Shown here: positions 10,376 to 25,300 of the stretch, in pieces
Position numbering within the stretch: the first letter of the stretch is position 1
Layout: each line of letters starts with the position of its first letter
Source: Phoronis australis
Lineage: Eukaryota; Animalia; Phoronida
Direction: 5' to 3'
Assembly: GCA_002633005.1 (NCBI GenBank)
Contig: NMRA01000177.1
Location: forward strand, 263,942 to 327,941
Length of the DNA stretch: 64,000 nt
Made by a program: the position numbers and the translations under genes
Notes under the pieces: model-generated
Told to the model about the DNA's origin: nothing
Seen by the model: only the letters and a program-made list of their open reading frames with translations
Databases searched by the model: none

Positions 10376-13300
10376 ATGTTGGGGACAATCAGAAGCTGAG
10401 GACGCCTGTGGATCGAAAGTGTATATTGTCCTACCTGTGATCAACACCCTCGTTATTTTCATTGATTAAACATGTATTTAACAATCTTACCCATTACACT
10501 GCATTCCGTTCAAGTCTCAGATGCAAACGGTTTGCAGCTTCGCACGTCCCGTCTTGTTTACTGAATCACATGAATGCAAAAGTTGGCTTTTTTGAAAGCA
10601 TGTAATAACAAGTTGAAGTTGCAAAGGAAGCAGATGACTGGCATATTGCCATTCTTGAAAAAAAAATGCAAAATTGAAGCAGATATGTAAATTAAATGGT
10701 ATTGAAAATTCTTAAATTTAATTTACCGTAAACGTTCAGGTTAACGCCCTGGGTGGTTAAATTGGCAAAGCCAAAAAATCGGGGGTGGGCGTTTAACCAG
10801 ACATAGGCGCTTATACGTGAAATTTCAAGAAATCGCGAGTGGGCGGTTAACCGAACATGGGCGATTGATCTTACCTCATGATCCCAGTCCCTACATGTAG
10901 TTGGAACGCGTAGCACTTTTCAGAGCTTTATCGCCACATTGCCAAATGACGGTAAAAATGTCATAGCAGCGGATGATCCCAACAAAGATTCTGTTGCTCT
11001 CAGATTAATCATTTCAGTGAAATTTACAAAATTGCTGAGTAATAGACCCGTGTTGTCCTGCGGTCTTGTTAGAGCTGTACCTGTAGAGCACAGACGACCT
11101 GTGACTATGCAGCCCTCCACTTGGATTGCAACTATCCTCACGTGGTGACAGTGCAAAGTGCGCGCGTTCAATCTTCACGTGCTGCATAGGTCACAGCAGT
11201 TATGGGTTAGCTGTCAAGTTCTGAGTTAGAGAGCAGTTTTAAATTATTTGTAATAAAGTTTGAAAAACAAATTCAGGTGCTTTTGTGTTTGGGATGTTTA
11301 TGTTTGAGACTCCATGATTCAATATTTTCAACGTAAGGTTCTGCGGCTGTTTTATTTCGACCGCCCGGCGAAGGTAGGCAGACATAAGCCAGTTGTCAAT
11401 CAAAAGTTATGGTAAAGGCATTACTCAAAAACAAGTATTTAAGATTTTAATTTTAAAAAATACTAACATTATGAATGGGATGAGACTGAGAAAGAAGTTG
11501 TTCATACATGTATCTGCGTCAGTAAAAATAATTCGAAGACGAAGCACCCATTATTCGGGTAACCGGCACCAGTGGTTTGTTACAATGAGATAAATATAAG
11601 TAGAGTTGACATCACGTGGTTTTCGTTGAGCGGAGTGGTTTGCCATCTTACTGATGAACCATAGTGGGTCGTGATGCCGGTGTATTGTGCAGCATTTTAA
11701 CTCCACACTGCATCATTCAATAAATGCAATGTAAGGCACAAGCTTACCAAGCTTATTTTGTTCAAAGGCCAGTGAATTTTATGGCAGTCCTACAAAAACC
11801 GCATATTTGGTTTCAATTGTCATTTTTTGAAGTTGATGCGATGTGCTACTTTTCAGTTGTCCAAATTTTGAAATAAAAAAATTCGTATTATGCCAGCTTG
11901 AAGTTCAGAATGGGTCAGTATACGTTTTTCCCAGCATCGCTTGATGTCGGCTGAATGGTTCAGGCTCTCTTTCTCCCTGTGTCATCTGATGCCAGCTGAA
12001 CTTGGTTGAGTTTTTCTGTCTTTAAAGTGAGTCGGCAGTTTTCAAAATGACTCATACACAGGTCAGAACCAATTTTGTATTTTTTGGCCTTTTGAGGTTT
12101 CAAGTATGGGATTTGTTTGAATCCTTGGCCAAAATCTTTGAAAAGGAGTGGATGCTCGTTGATGAAAACAACTATTTGCATTTTTCTTAATTCACATATG
12201 ATTATACCTTTGAAGCCCTGTGCAGCTGTGTTTTGAGCTGAAAATATAATTCAAATAAAACAAAAATTGCAGGGGAGATTTAAACAGCAGAAACAATTGT
12301 TCATCTCATCTACTCCCTAGAAAGCTGCGTCAAGTTTTTAGTATTAACTTGCTAAATTAAAAAACCTTAAACCAGTTGAACGTCTGTTATATTACCTTAA
12401 TGGTCTACACAAGCAGTCAGATTAGCTTAATGGAAAAACAGCAAAACTATGCCAAAATAGTCTTAACAGGCTGACATTTTTTGTCTTGAAACACATTTCA
12501 CAAAAGCTTTGTTATTACTGTCTGACCTGTTGCAGGCAATATTTGTGTTGACTACATGAAGTTTTAAAGAACATACAAACAATGCCATGGTTATTGGTTA
12601 TTATTGGCTGTTTTTATTTTTTTTTTTGTTGGCCAAGCCACTTATAAGATAATTATGTAGTGTTTCAGTGAAATTCGTTGGCAGATTTATGAGGGTGGGC
12701 CTGGGCCACCCCCCTCCCCTTGGCTACCTGAAAAATAAAACAGCAAGAGCGTGAGGAAATATTTAGTTTATTGACTAACCCCGGTAATAATCATGCGGTT
12801 GGAACAAGATATAACAATGTGTGCAGTTTTAGTGTATGTGTACATGTGTGTGCAATTTTAGTGTATGTGTACATGTGTGTGCATGTGTGTGGGGGGAGGG
12901 GGGGCTCAAACCAGATTGCAACTGTCCAAGTCAGATCGCCGGCGCAATCGGTTTCCCATCTCTTTGTTTTTTCTTTCCGAGCTTTATTATATTTTAGGCT
13001 GGGTGCGCCCACGCAATCGTGCTTTGTGCGATTCTCGGAGACAAAATGTTGGGCCTGCCCCCTTATGATATCCTGGATCCGCCACTGAAATTTCAGTTCA
13101 ACTTGTTTTGAGCTTGAGGGGAAGTTCATTAAATTACCCGAGGCATTAAATATGATCTCTTTGGGCTAAAGCTGACAAAAATTAACTTCATGTATATTTT
13201 AGGAACGCTTATCATCTTATCCGGCTTGTAAACAACTAATAATCAAGATCTGTACAATTATAAGCTTAGCTTATACAAAACGGGTTATGAACTAGATTCT

Positions 13301-16300
13301 CATGTGGGTATTAAAGGCATCGAGGTATTTTTATTTTTATTAAAAGTATGCAGTGTAATTTATTTTACATGCAAGATGTCCAGATTATATCCTATTATAA
13401 TATCACCTGAACTATCGCACTGCATCACTGGTCCGTCCCACTGTTTACGCGCACTGTCCCGGCGGGCAATCTTGACTTGGAAAGGCCGTCAAGTAATATA
13501 ACGGCTTCTTTCAATATGCGTCTCGTTTTTAATGGCGGGATTCAGCACGCACGTAGGGCCTATGTATGAGTAACCTGTCAATCACGTGTTGGTGTCAAGG
13601 TAACATGCACTCAGTGTGGGAACTTACGCGCTTGCACCACTACAAAGTTACACATCAAAAGAGAACAGCGACAGTCCTAAGTAAAAGAAACCGGCGTGAT
13701 GCTGTACTTTTAAGCTGTTGTTAGGAAAGACCCAGTGCTTTACGATATTCCTCTGTTCCAGTGCCCCCCAAAACTGCGATGTCAAGTCTACTTTGATGTT
13801 TTACGTCTCGATGTTCCCTAGGCCAGAGTGTGCCATGCCCGTAGCTAGCTGCGTGCACCTCCTACCAACTACCGCCAATTTTCAGTCAGTCTGCATCGTA
13901 GATATTTCAGGCTCGAATGGTAAAAATTTCGTTCAGGCTGAACTGGTCAATGTAGAAACAAAATTATTCTAGATGGCTAAAAAGGGAATATGGAAGCGAT
14001 AATTCACACAGTCAGGTGAGGGTTGACACAAGAAATCGTAGTAAAGAACAGTCAGCAACTTTAGTTAAATCTGACTGAGATGCAATAAGGGAAAAACAAA
14101 ATTTGACTACTTCAAGATGATACACAAACATACAGTAACGTATTGCCAGCCTTTGAACTCAGAAATCAAGAGGCAGCAAATCGGTAACCCATTGAGGCAC
14201 ACTGTCCCTTTGGTCGCCACACATCCTCGATAACCTGCCAATAACATTCATCAAAATAGGGAGAATTTGACATCTTGCCGTGAGTTATGGGAATTAATTC
14301 TTCAAAATACGAGAGCTTTGGTAGGTTGGCAAAACCATTGTCACATTTCTCTGGCCCGATTATTTCGAATATATGTTTTATCTAGTGCACTGCGGACGGA
14401 AACTCAGCGCGGCAGACAGCGTCGCTGAAAGCGGAGGTATTGACGTCAGTGGGGTTTGCAAACATGGGAAGAAAATAAAATGACAAAAACGTTCAAGAAT
14501 TATATTTTGGAGTAAGTCCACTACCCGGGACATTAATTCGTTACTTGTATTGTAATTTACATTGTCAAACCGCTGTCCCGGAGGCCCAGCGTCATTACGC
14601 TTGTTGTGATCATCATCTGTACCTGAAAGTCGGGAATCTCGCGTTTCCTAACACTGTGCGCTAAATCTTCAATCTTAAAAAGTCGGGGATGGGCGCTTAA
14701 CCGAGAGGTGGGCGCTTAACTGGAAATCTTCAAAAAACGCGGAGGGGCGGTTAACCGAGCAGTGGGCGGTAAAATCGAAAATCCACCTAAAGTAGGGGGT
14801 GGGCGGTTAACTGAGCATGGGTGTTAACCCGAATGTTTTTGGTAATATCAGTTACAATATCGTACTGCAATGCTGCGCAATGTCCCCGCAAACAATTGCG
14901 ACTTAGAAATGGCGGCAAGTAATGTAACAGCCTGTTTCAACATGCGTCTCGTTTTTTATGGCAAAAGATAGCGGCAAACAAATTCTCAAGACCTTCTTTC
15001 CGGGGTTGAGCACGCACTTATGAGTCACCTGTCACTCACATTTGTAGTCAAGATAACTTGCACTCCAGAGCGTGGTAACTCATGCACGCGCACCACACCA
15101 AAGTCGCACATCAAAAGAGAACAGCGACAGTACAAAGTTTAAAAGTATAGCGGCTTGACTGTAGGTTAAATACCTGTAATACCTGTCACGGACAGGATCA
15201 TTGGGGATATGCTGGTGCATTAATCCCCTCCCCAGACCATCCCCGTGACAGCAGAAGGCGCAGAACTACAGGGCTGACGTTGCCTGTAAGCATTTGATTA
15301 GATAGCACTCGGGCACGGCTCTTCTTGTGACTCTTCGCAGCATGGCCATAAATAATACCGGCTTCGAGCAGGCGGCTGCCATCATCGAACTCAGCCAGCT
15401 GGGATGCAGTCTGCTCGAGGTTGCGTTTGCGAGCCAGCAGCTTAACGTCAGCCGAATATAAGTAGAGGGGTTGGTTGGTGGTGCATGAGCCAGCGAGGTA
15501 ATCTGCACACTCATTAATCAAGACACCGGCATGGCCAGGTACGAAAGACCAGATCACTACATGATGAGGGTGGCGTGATCGGAAGACACCCCAGTTGGCT
15601 GAGAGGTTTCCAGATTGAACTTTATCAACACTGCCAGAAAATCGGTGGCAAAGATAATGGTGTGATTCTCCAGATCTAGGAGTGACAGCTTGGTTAGGGC
15701 ACGTTGTATAGCCTCAAACTCCATCCGCGTACTGCTTGTGTATACACGGTGGCAGCCACTACCTTCCGCAATGACGTTGTTAGCACAGCGTAATTGATAA
15801 CCCCATCCCGCACGATTAGTTTCACCATCGAAGGATCCATCAGTTGCTACAATGATGGCATTAATACCACCAAGATCACGCCATTGCTGACGGCACAATG
15901 CTTGGGCTACTCCAGGAGGCCATTCCCGAGCTTCCCTGTTGAAAGCAATGATGACATTCGGTTCCTCACCAAGTTCTTGTACTGACAGCCAAGCAGCATC
16001 TTGCGCGATCATGTGTTCGCCGATGAGACCCATGGTTGCGTTAACAGCAGCGACAGTCCACGAGCACCTGCTAAGACTGTAGGTTAAAGCTGACCGGGTG
16101 TTTATTTGACACTGAACTTGGGTCTCCTGCTGTTTTAAAAAACCAACGTTCCCCAAAACTGCGACATGAAGTCTACAGTTCCGATAATTCGCGGCTTGAT
16201 GTTCCTTAAGCATGAGGGGTTCGTCCCCACCCCCACTACTGCCAATTTTCAGTCAGCCTACGTCGTAGATATTTCAGACTCAAATGGGAAGTATTTTGCT

Positions 16301-19300
16301 CCGGCTGAATCTAGCCAATGAAGAAACATAATTACTCGGGAGGGCTAAAAAGGTAGGTGGAAACAACATTCACAAAATTAAGGTAATTCTTCAAAATCCA
16401 AGAGCTTCCCACCTAAAGTGAATTAGGAGTGTTGGCAAGACCACTGTCACGTTTCTCTGGCTTCATTTTTTTGAATATATGTTTTATCTAGAGCACTGCA
16501 GACGGAAACTTAGCGCAGCAGACGGCTTCGCTAAAATCGTAGGTATTGAAGCCAGCGGGGTTCTTACTTTTGCGAACATGGGAAGAAAATAAAGTGACAA
16601 AGCGTTCAAGATATTACATTTTGAAGCAAATCCATGATCCGGTACAATAAGTTGTTACTCGTATTATAATTCACATTGCCAAACCAATGTCTCCGCACTC
16701 TTTGTTATCGATTTTTATCTAAAAATGGGTGATCGCGCGTTTCCTTAGCACTGGGCACGTAAGCATCAATCTCCAAAAGTCGGGGATGGGCGCTTAACCG
16801 AGAGGTTGGCGCTAAGTGGAAATCTTCAAAAATCGCAGAGGGGCGGTTAACTGAGCGGTGGGTGGTTAAATCGAAAATCTACTAAAGTTGGAGATGGGCA
16901 GTTAAGTGAACATGGGCGTTAACCCGAACATTTACGGTAGTTGAATTACTACTTTTCAGGAAATCACTACTACTTCTAGGGACGTGGTTTTGGAAACATT
17001 TAGTTGTAGGTTGTCGATCGTGGGTACACACTTTTGTGATCCAAATGAGTTGTCTTCTATTGCTTGTAAAATTTTAGTTTCTTGACCGATTTCCTCTTAG
17101 GAGACACTATTCGACAGCCCAAGAAAATGTGTTTTATTACAATGAGCAAGCTTTTCCTGAAATATTTACAGAATGTAGATGTCAGTACTGAATACATGGT
17201 GAAAAGGTGTCGGAAATGAGTACACTGTTGCTATCTTTAATCAGTAACCAGACAATCAATGGTAGTTATGTAACATTGTGTGATCTTACCAATAGTTAGA
17301 GTGTCTTCAGTTGAACACCATGTGCCCTCTGGTGGGATATTTCGTGTTTCCACATCAGTNCGGAAACATTTAGTTGTAGGTTGTCGATCGTGGGTACACA
17401 CTTTTGTGATCCAAATGAGTTGTCTTCTATTGCTTGTAAAATTTTAGTTTTTTGACCGATTTCCTCTTAGGAGACACTATTCGACAGCCCAAGAAAATGT
17501 GTTTTATTACAATGAGCAAGCTTTTCCTGAAATATTTACAGAATGTAGATGTCAGTACTGAATACATGGTGAAAAGGTGTCGGAAATGAGTACACTGTTG
17601 CTATCTTTAATCAGTAACCAGACAATCAATGGTAGTTATGTAACATTGTGTGATCTTACCAATAGTTAGAGTGTCTTCAGTTGAACACCATGTGCCCTCT
17701 GGTGGGATATTTCGTGTTTCCACATCAGTCTTATAGTTTTGTTGGGTCTCTTACGTGATCGTATTTGGTCATGATTTGGACATAAAAGGAATGTGCATCT
17801 CACCAATCAGGTTCTTTCTCATTGGTCAGAGTTTTGTATTCTCAACCTCGTGGTAGTCCACTTGCAGAAACCAAGGAACTCATGTCAGTACTCATCCCTC
17901 TAAATCTCAAAGCTATTTGTGCAGTGCATACAATGGTTTTTAGGTACCCAGCTTTGCCCACGATAGTTCAGCCCTCTCCCTTCAACCTTTCGCTTTCACT
18001 CATAAATTTCCTCTATTTCTTCCGTCCCTGTGAATGGCTGGTCTGCCCCAAATATAGTGAATATATTAAAATTGCAATGTTACAAGACCAGGGCCGGATC
18101 AATTTTACAGGGCCCATAGCATAGCGGGTTCCCCTGCTCAAATTCTCATACGACGACTATCTCAAACCAAAAGCAAAGTAAGTGTAATTTTCACTTTTGG
18201 GAAGGTAAGCAATTGAGACGGCTTCTACTCCGACTTAAGAAAGTTTTAATTACACACCTAGGGCCGCAGTAAACGATAAGATACAGGTGACTTGGTTAAG
18301 CTGTTTAAATTGAACCCTAATTGAGCTGACAGTTCGCGCTAAGGCGTGAAAATACAATGGAATGAACTGGTTGATCCATCGCACCTTATGCGTTTTATGA
18401 ACGTGTGCTACATTTTATGTTGTTTCGTTAAATATGATGATTATTTTTCTTCTTGTTTTTATTACTGTTCTGTTTCACTTACAGATGGTATCATGGCCGT
18501 CTTGATCGCCAGACTGCTGAGGACCGGCTGAGGGTGGCTGGGGACCTCAGCTGCTACCTCATTCGTGAGTCAGACCGCAAGCCTGGCTCATATGTACTTT
18601 CCTACTATGGGAAAACGGGAATCAGTCATTTTAAGTAAGTAAACCAGCAGACTTCTATTTTTGCATTGATAGATGTTTGTTAAAAATGCTTTCTCGAGTT
18701 GAAAGTTAGGCCTCTATGAAGGAATTATTAATGAAAACAAAGTTTGTAATTATGGGTATTGTTAGTGTTTGTCTTCTAGTTGGACTTATGGCTATATTTA
18801 TTAATTTTGTCCGCTTAATTACTTGCTTATTTTTTAAACTTTTATAGTATGGTTGTTGCCTGTGTAGATATGCACTGCACAAGTAAAGTATGTCTGACTC
18901 AAATGCCCTAATGACTTAATTTTTCTAACCTAGTAGATGTTTTTCTTTTTTAAAGTAGAAGAGTGTAGTGTTAAAACTTCTAAGTTTGATTGCAGTTTAA
19001 AATGGGCCACCATGACACTTATATTATTGTTACTCTGTGCAAAAGCGCTCTGCATAGGTGTGCGTGTGTGTACCTACACATGACTTTGTGTAATGGAGTT
19101 TACTGGTTGTTCGTATTTCATTAGAACAAAGTGTATGATTGCAGAATCACAGCCCTGTGTGGTGACTTCTACATCGGTGGACGACAGTTTGACTCTCTGT
19201 CTGACCTCATAGGTTACTACACAAGCTTCACGGACTTATTGAAGTCAGAGAGACTCATCACTGCCGTTTCCCCTCCGGAGGTAAGGCTTTACAAACTGCC

Positions 19301-22300
19301 CTATTATGGCCATACTATGTTTGGTAAAAATGAAACTTTTTCTTAAACTTTGTTGTATTTTGTCTTGATTAAATTTCAGTGTCACAGTATTGAAGAATAA
19401 AATTCAAATTTCCACGTGACCCAGTTTTTATACATAACAATGTGAACGATTCTTGCTAACAGCATTTTGCTCACTACGATATATGTGCAGGGCTCGATTA
19501 AAGGCTCGAAAATACAAGTGCGAAAATTAAAGGACTAGTAGAAAATTGACCTCACTCGTATTATTCGTACGGGCGCATTTTTTTCTTAAATTTGTTGTGT
19601 AGTGTGAGGCGCTGTGGTAGACTTAAGACCTGGTGTCAACAGTAACAACTCAGCCATCATTAAATGCATTGCCAAAGATGCAACCTAAATGAAGTCCTCA
19701 GCGACGAGCACTCGTGGGGACTCTCCAGGTGTGAGCGAAACGGTCGAAAATATGAGTGGAAAAAACAAAAAATACGAGTAGAAAATTGCCTCACTCCTAC
19801 GTGCGCTGAAGTGCCATCTGGCTTTTTTTCCGGGTACCATTTTTTACGAGCCCAAATTGAGGAATTCGAGTGGCAAATATGCGATCACTCGTATATTCGA
19901 GTGGACATTTTCAGCTTTGTCAAGCACTGATATAGGTACAGCACTCGACAGTAAGCTTTTGGCGACCTGGCGAAAATCCCTGGTCGCCAAACGAAATCTG
20001 AGGTTGCCAAATCTGAAAATCTCAGGCACCGAAATGATCTCTGAGGTTTGCGATCCGATTTAAAAGTTTGTCATCTAAAAAATGGGTCAAATGGGCCATT
20101 AAGTCTCCCATTCTCTTGCACTCCTCCAATTTCTCCTGTAAATGCCTAAGTGTAGGCGTACGTTCATTCTGTAACTCAATTCCTCCGCTGACAAACAAAC
20201 ATAAAACGCAGACGGCTGCATGGGCTGGTGGTGCAAATTTCAAGGATAGACTTGTCTTTGAGAAACAGTTTGTTTCAGAGGATCAACAGGACGTGTATTG
20301 TACTTTATTTTCAGCCAGTGGACGACAGGAGGAAAGTTATAGCCACTTTGCCATACAAGAAAATTCCTGACACAGACGAGCTTAGCTTTGAGAAGGGGGA
20401 CGTCTTCATCGTGCACAACGACCTCGGTGATGGCTGGTTCTGGGTAACAAATCAACAGACTAACGAGAGTGGCATTGTGTACGCGGGGCTGGTCAAAGAT
20501 TTGGTAAGTCTCTTGGTCTGTGTACTGCATTTGCCTTGTTTCGACAGGTAATTTACATGTTCATCATATCTAGACCTCAGTTGAAGACTGCCCATCAGAA
20601 TTTGAGTGTCCCAAAATGAGAATTAGTATACCGGATGGTAACCATGTTCGTTTTGGAGTTCATTGTTGCCGTGGACCAGAACTTGTAACAGGCTCCAATG
20701 GTGAACGTTTCATATCGGCGCTCTCTAGGCTAATGTGACTGCGACAATGACTTCTGCTGGATTTCAACTCGGATTTGGTGGACATAAATTATTACATAGT
20801 GGTTCATTGATTTAAAACAAAAATAAATTCCACCGTCAGCCCCTACCATTGTTTAATTAGGTTAGGTTCACTAATTTATTTTTTTAAGGTAGCCACCGGC
20901 TTTGGCACAGATTCTTTGTTGTGGTAAATGTGTGCAATTTGTTGTCTTTTTCATCTATTGATATTTTAAGGGGTTTGCATTTTTTTGGTGCGGCATTAGC
21001 TCACGTTGTCGTAAAGCAGTGGAAATTTGCCAGCATTTTGAAAGCAGAAAAGGTGTTAAAGCACTGTTGATACCAGTTTGTTGAATGCTCCCATCCACAT
21101 TACATGGGTTCTGTAGGTGGCACTGAACATCTGTCCACCAAAGACCTGATCGCCATCTGGCGGGATGATGAATTTCAAAATGGCCCGACTATTTCGAAAA
21201 TCAACTAATGCAGATTTCCGTTGAGTGATTATCTTCATTTGCCATGTTTGCATGGTTAACAGAAAAACAGGGATCACGCGCACTTTTAGTTAGTCCCTAT
21301 TATAATTGTTCTTTTACCGGATTTCTGGCATTAAAGAATTCTGGGATGTCATTAAATCCGTGTGAGTTGACATTTACTCACCATTTGAACCTTGTAGGAT
21401 GGTGCTTCAGTAGAGAGTCTACCATTTACTTACCATTTGAACCTTGTAGGATGGTGCTTCAGTAGAGAGTCTACCATTTTACCATGACAGTATTTCTAAG
21501 AACGAGGCTGCAGAGCTGCTTACCAAAGGTTTGTCTAAAAGTGCAGCTTGCTGTTCACTTCATGCTGCTAATAAAGAAAGGCTTCTCTAACAACAAGATG
21601 AACACAGTGAAACAGGAAACTGTGCAGTCACGGGGCATTTGTAGGGTAGTGGTCCTACGTGCTTTGAACACAGTTCTTTGTACATGCGAGGCAATTTTGT
21701 CACTGGCACCCACCTTGGGAATTATGAGTTGCGGTAAAATCTCGCCAATTTAGGACACAATATGGCCTCCTTACAAAATCTTATCTTATCAGTTTTTACA
21801 CGAATATGCGGTGCCAAACTTAAATGTTTGTGTGTGTTCAAGTTTTTTTACCTTAGTTACCGTGAAGCCCGTGAAAAATGACAATTGATTTTGTCTGAAA
21901 TTGGTGAGGCTTTAGTGCACCTGTTCTGTCTTTTGCGAGAATGCTTGACTATGATTGAGTTGTCATTTAGATATAAAAAGTTACGTTATTGAGAAGATGA
22001 TATTACAAGTATGACGCTGAATTTGTGCTATACACAATGTTTCGCTGATATTCAAGTCTCCCTGTCACTGTTTTAGTTTGTGCCCTTTTAGCCATACAAC
22101 AATACAAGTGACATAAAGCTGTTCCGTCAGAAATTGCAATTGCGAAGGCATCTTTTCATAGTGATTAAATGGTTAAAATTCAAATTAAACCATTTTTTTT
22201 CTCTGTTGGACATCAAAGCGAAGAATCCTGGTCTTTAATCTGGGTACAAAAATTCCCAAAGCTGCGTGTCTTTGCGTTCTCTAACAACAACCTTGGCTAT

Positions 22301-25300
22301 CAAATGCCTACATGTTTGTGGACAAATATTCCAAACTTTGTGAAAACTTGTAGTAATGTCTCGTCTAGTTTCAATTCCAACAGGGGTTCGGCAACTTTAA
22401 ATATCTCCTCTTCTTGGAGAGTATTTTAGACTTTCAATGGAATGTTCTTTGAGCACTTAATCAGTTCTTATCCTTCACCTGACTGATACACCTGATCTCT
22501 ATTGTGTTCACATGCAATGTGTTCCATGTGGATCACTGGGTAGTGTACATTATGATTTATGCCATCTATTAAACGACAGAATTCAGGTGTTTTCATCTAG
22601 GCGCTACCATGATTTTTCAAATGCATTGTGAGGTTGGTTGTCGGCTCGTAAACATGCCATAACATCACAGTTAGGTTGTGGCCAAGTAACTTTGTGATTT
22701 CTGTCATATTGTTTGCGCGTCAACAAGCTAAAGGATGTTTTTGAAAAATGACAGCAGCGTAGTAGATGAAGTTCTCCGAATTCCTATTCGCTTTGACCAT
22801 GTAACCTCATTATTTGCAGCCGGGCCGGGCAGTTTTCTAGTGCGTAACAGTGATAACTCACCTGGAGACTACTCGCTCTTTTTCTACTGCCAGAAGACAA
22901 TACAGCGATTCAGGATCCAGAGGAAAGGGCGTCAGTACCTCATGGGGGGCAGGTATTTCGACAGGTGAGACAGGCAGACTTGTACATGGCTAGGTTCATT
23001 TGTCAACACCTGGAATTCATCAAACGCAGTCTCTAACATAAATTAATTTTGAGTTTGAAAACTAATGACCTAATTATGTATCAGCTGATTGGCCGTAGAA
23101 TCCAAATATTATAACTGTCAGTGTAGAGAAGTGAAAGAAAAAGACATTACGTAGTATTAGCGTGAACCACCAGGAGTGCTAGTGTAGTGGCTTGGGCCTT
23201 GGGTCAAACTCAAATCACACTGAGACCTTGTTGCAGTTCTGGCAGATGAAGCAGTCCAAAAATCATGGAATTATACAATTACGGAATTGAACTGTATTGC
23301 TCTGAGAAATGATTATCGTTCTCAAGTCAAACGATCGGACAACATACCGTCTCCGCGTCATGACTACTGAATATTATTTACAACAAAATGGCTGGAAATG
23401 ACTCTAATTATGGCAGTTAATTGTAATTATTGAATGGCTTAGCTACCTCTCTCGTTTTTCTATTAATTCGTCTTAGTTCTCGATCATGAGGGACGGCTAC
23501 TCTTCATGATGAATTAAAGGAGAATGCCACCCGATTTAATTAGTCTTTTTTGCCGTCTTAATCGGTCTATGTCCACATCGCCTCGCATACGGTCGACCTT
23601 ACCTTGCCAAGAGGTGTCGCGTTAACCTGTGAGGAAGGTGAGAAACGACGCTAGCGACGTCAGTGGTTCGTATGCAGAGTGAATGCCGCTATGTTGCAGT
23701 GCATCGTTCCCGCTTGTCCGAACTAAGCAGCTGCGAGGAAAGCGGGTATATCGTTTTTTTTTACTTCCTCGAGAGTCCGAAATGCTTAGGACGTGGCTCA
23801 TGGTAGTGAAAAATGAAATGTACGCTGTAAATAGCAAGTATGAGGCCGTGAAACATCTCCGTGTCTGTCCCGGACCTGCAGACGTCGACAGTGCCTGACG
23901 AATGCTGGCTTTCCAAATAACTCCATACTTTCCGTTGTCTGAGGTTTTTCACGGCGCCTCTCTAATATTTCTTCATCACTGTATTCCTGTTCGAATCAAT
24001 AGCCTGTAAAACTTAACGATCCACCTGCGAAGTCGGGACTATCCCGTCCTAAGTCGAGATTGCGAGTTGCCATGTTGGCGTTAATTAGTACTGAACGGTT
24101 CTGTTTCAAAATGAATTATTCTCACCCTAACCAATACTTATATAAAATTGAAACAAAGTCTGTCTCATTAGATGCAATTTGTGATGCCTTTGGAGTGTTC
24201 GTGAGTGCAAATGATTTGAAAAGCCAGCAATGGATAAATCACTGCGTTTACCGGCTTTAAGTGCAATAAAACTAATTGACGGGACACTGAGGCCGTGTAA
24301 GCTCATGCTAATTTAGTGTTTGCAGGCAGAAACTGTTGTGAAACAACTCGATTTCCATCCCACGTGCAGGTGTTAAGGGAATCTTTATTTACATTTACAT
24401 TACTCAAATAATGATTGTCAATGTACAACTTCTGCTCTGACGGTGCTGTGGCCAAAGCGGAACGTGAATTCGCGGCCCCCGACCAGTAAGTAGATTTGCA
24501 GTTTCGTGGCTAATTCACCAACATAATCACGTGCACATTACTTTGGCTCACTAGTGTAGTATTTTCTTAACTGGAAGTTTAGTTTCCACTGAACTTTGGC
24601 TGGTTTATTTTCGTGATGTCTGATCAGTTTCCGAGCCACTGGCCGGGATCAAACGAATCAATCCGGGCGGCCGCCACGGGCTTGATCGGGCTCCGAGCCA
24701 CTGGCCAGGATAACAAGCGTTTTGTGTTTAAAACTAAAAAAATCACAAGTCTAAACAACACAGATCTAGGTTCTCCTGTCTGTATCTCACGGAAAATACT
24801 TCGAAATTATCTCCGAACAGACCCCAAAGTCCTGCTACGCCGGACCTTATTGCCGGACCTGCCGAACTTTGTAGGCTACGGTGTGTCCAAATACCAATAA
24901 ATCCGTCAGAGCGAAATAAAACAACACGTTTTTATAAGAACTCGGTGTATTTTTAATGGTTTCACATCGCAGTTTGATGATTTATTGGTGTTAAACGATG
25001 ACTTCAAGCGATAAGCTGACACCAGGAACCCATGTTGTGAACTGCTGAACAGACTGCGAGTGAAACCGATTACGTCATTGGATAATTTCAACACCTCCGT
25101 CTGCCGTCAGGTGTCAGGTAACGCAACCGTACGTGCCGTTATCGAGTAGAACTACTCGATCTAAATTGATACAAATTAGGTTGATTTTTGGGTGGCATGC
25201 TCCTTTAAGCTTCCAATCAGACTTCGTGATGGGGAATTGTGGGTCATTTTGTCTGAATATTTTTGGCGTGTGAAGTTTTGGTGATTCTCCTGTTTGCATT

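Noticed and set aside
10232-10469. ORFs with (YI)n runs
   Set aside because: Translation of the (AT)n microsatellite.
11674-11710. ATGCCGGTGTATTGTGCAGCATTT, a THAP-like start (MPVYCAAF)
   Set aside because: Only ~8 codons with no downstream THAP motifs recognised.
16992-17729. Apparent recent 368-bp tandem duplication in RASA1 intron 1
   Set aside because: The copies abut a single N and differ at one visible base, typical of unmerged contig or haplotype overlap.
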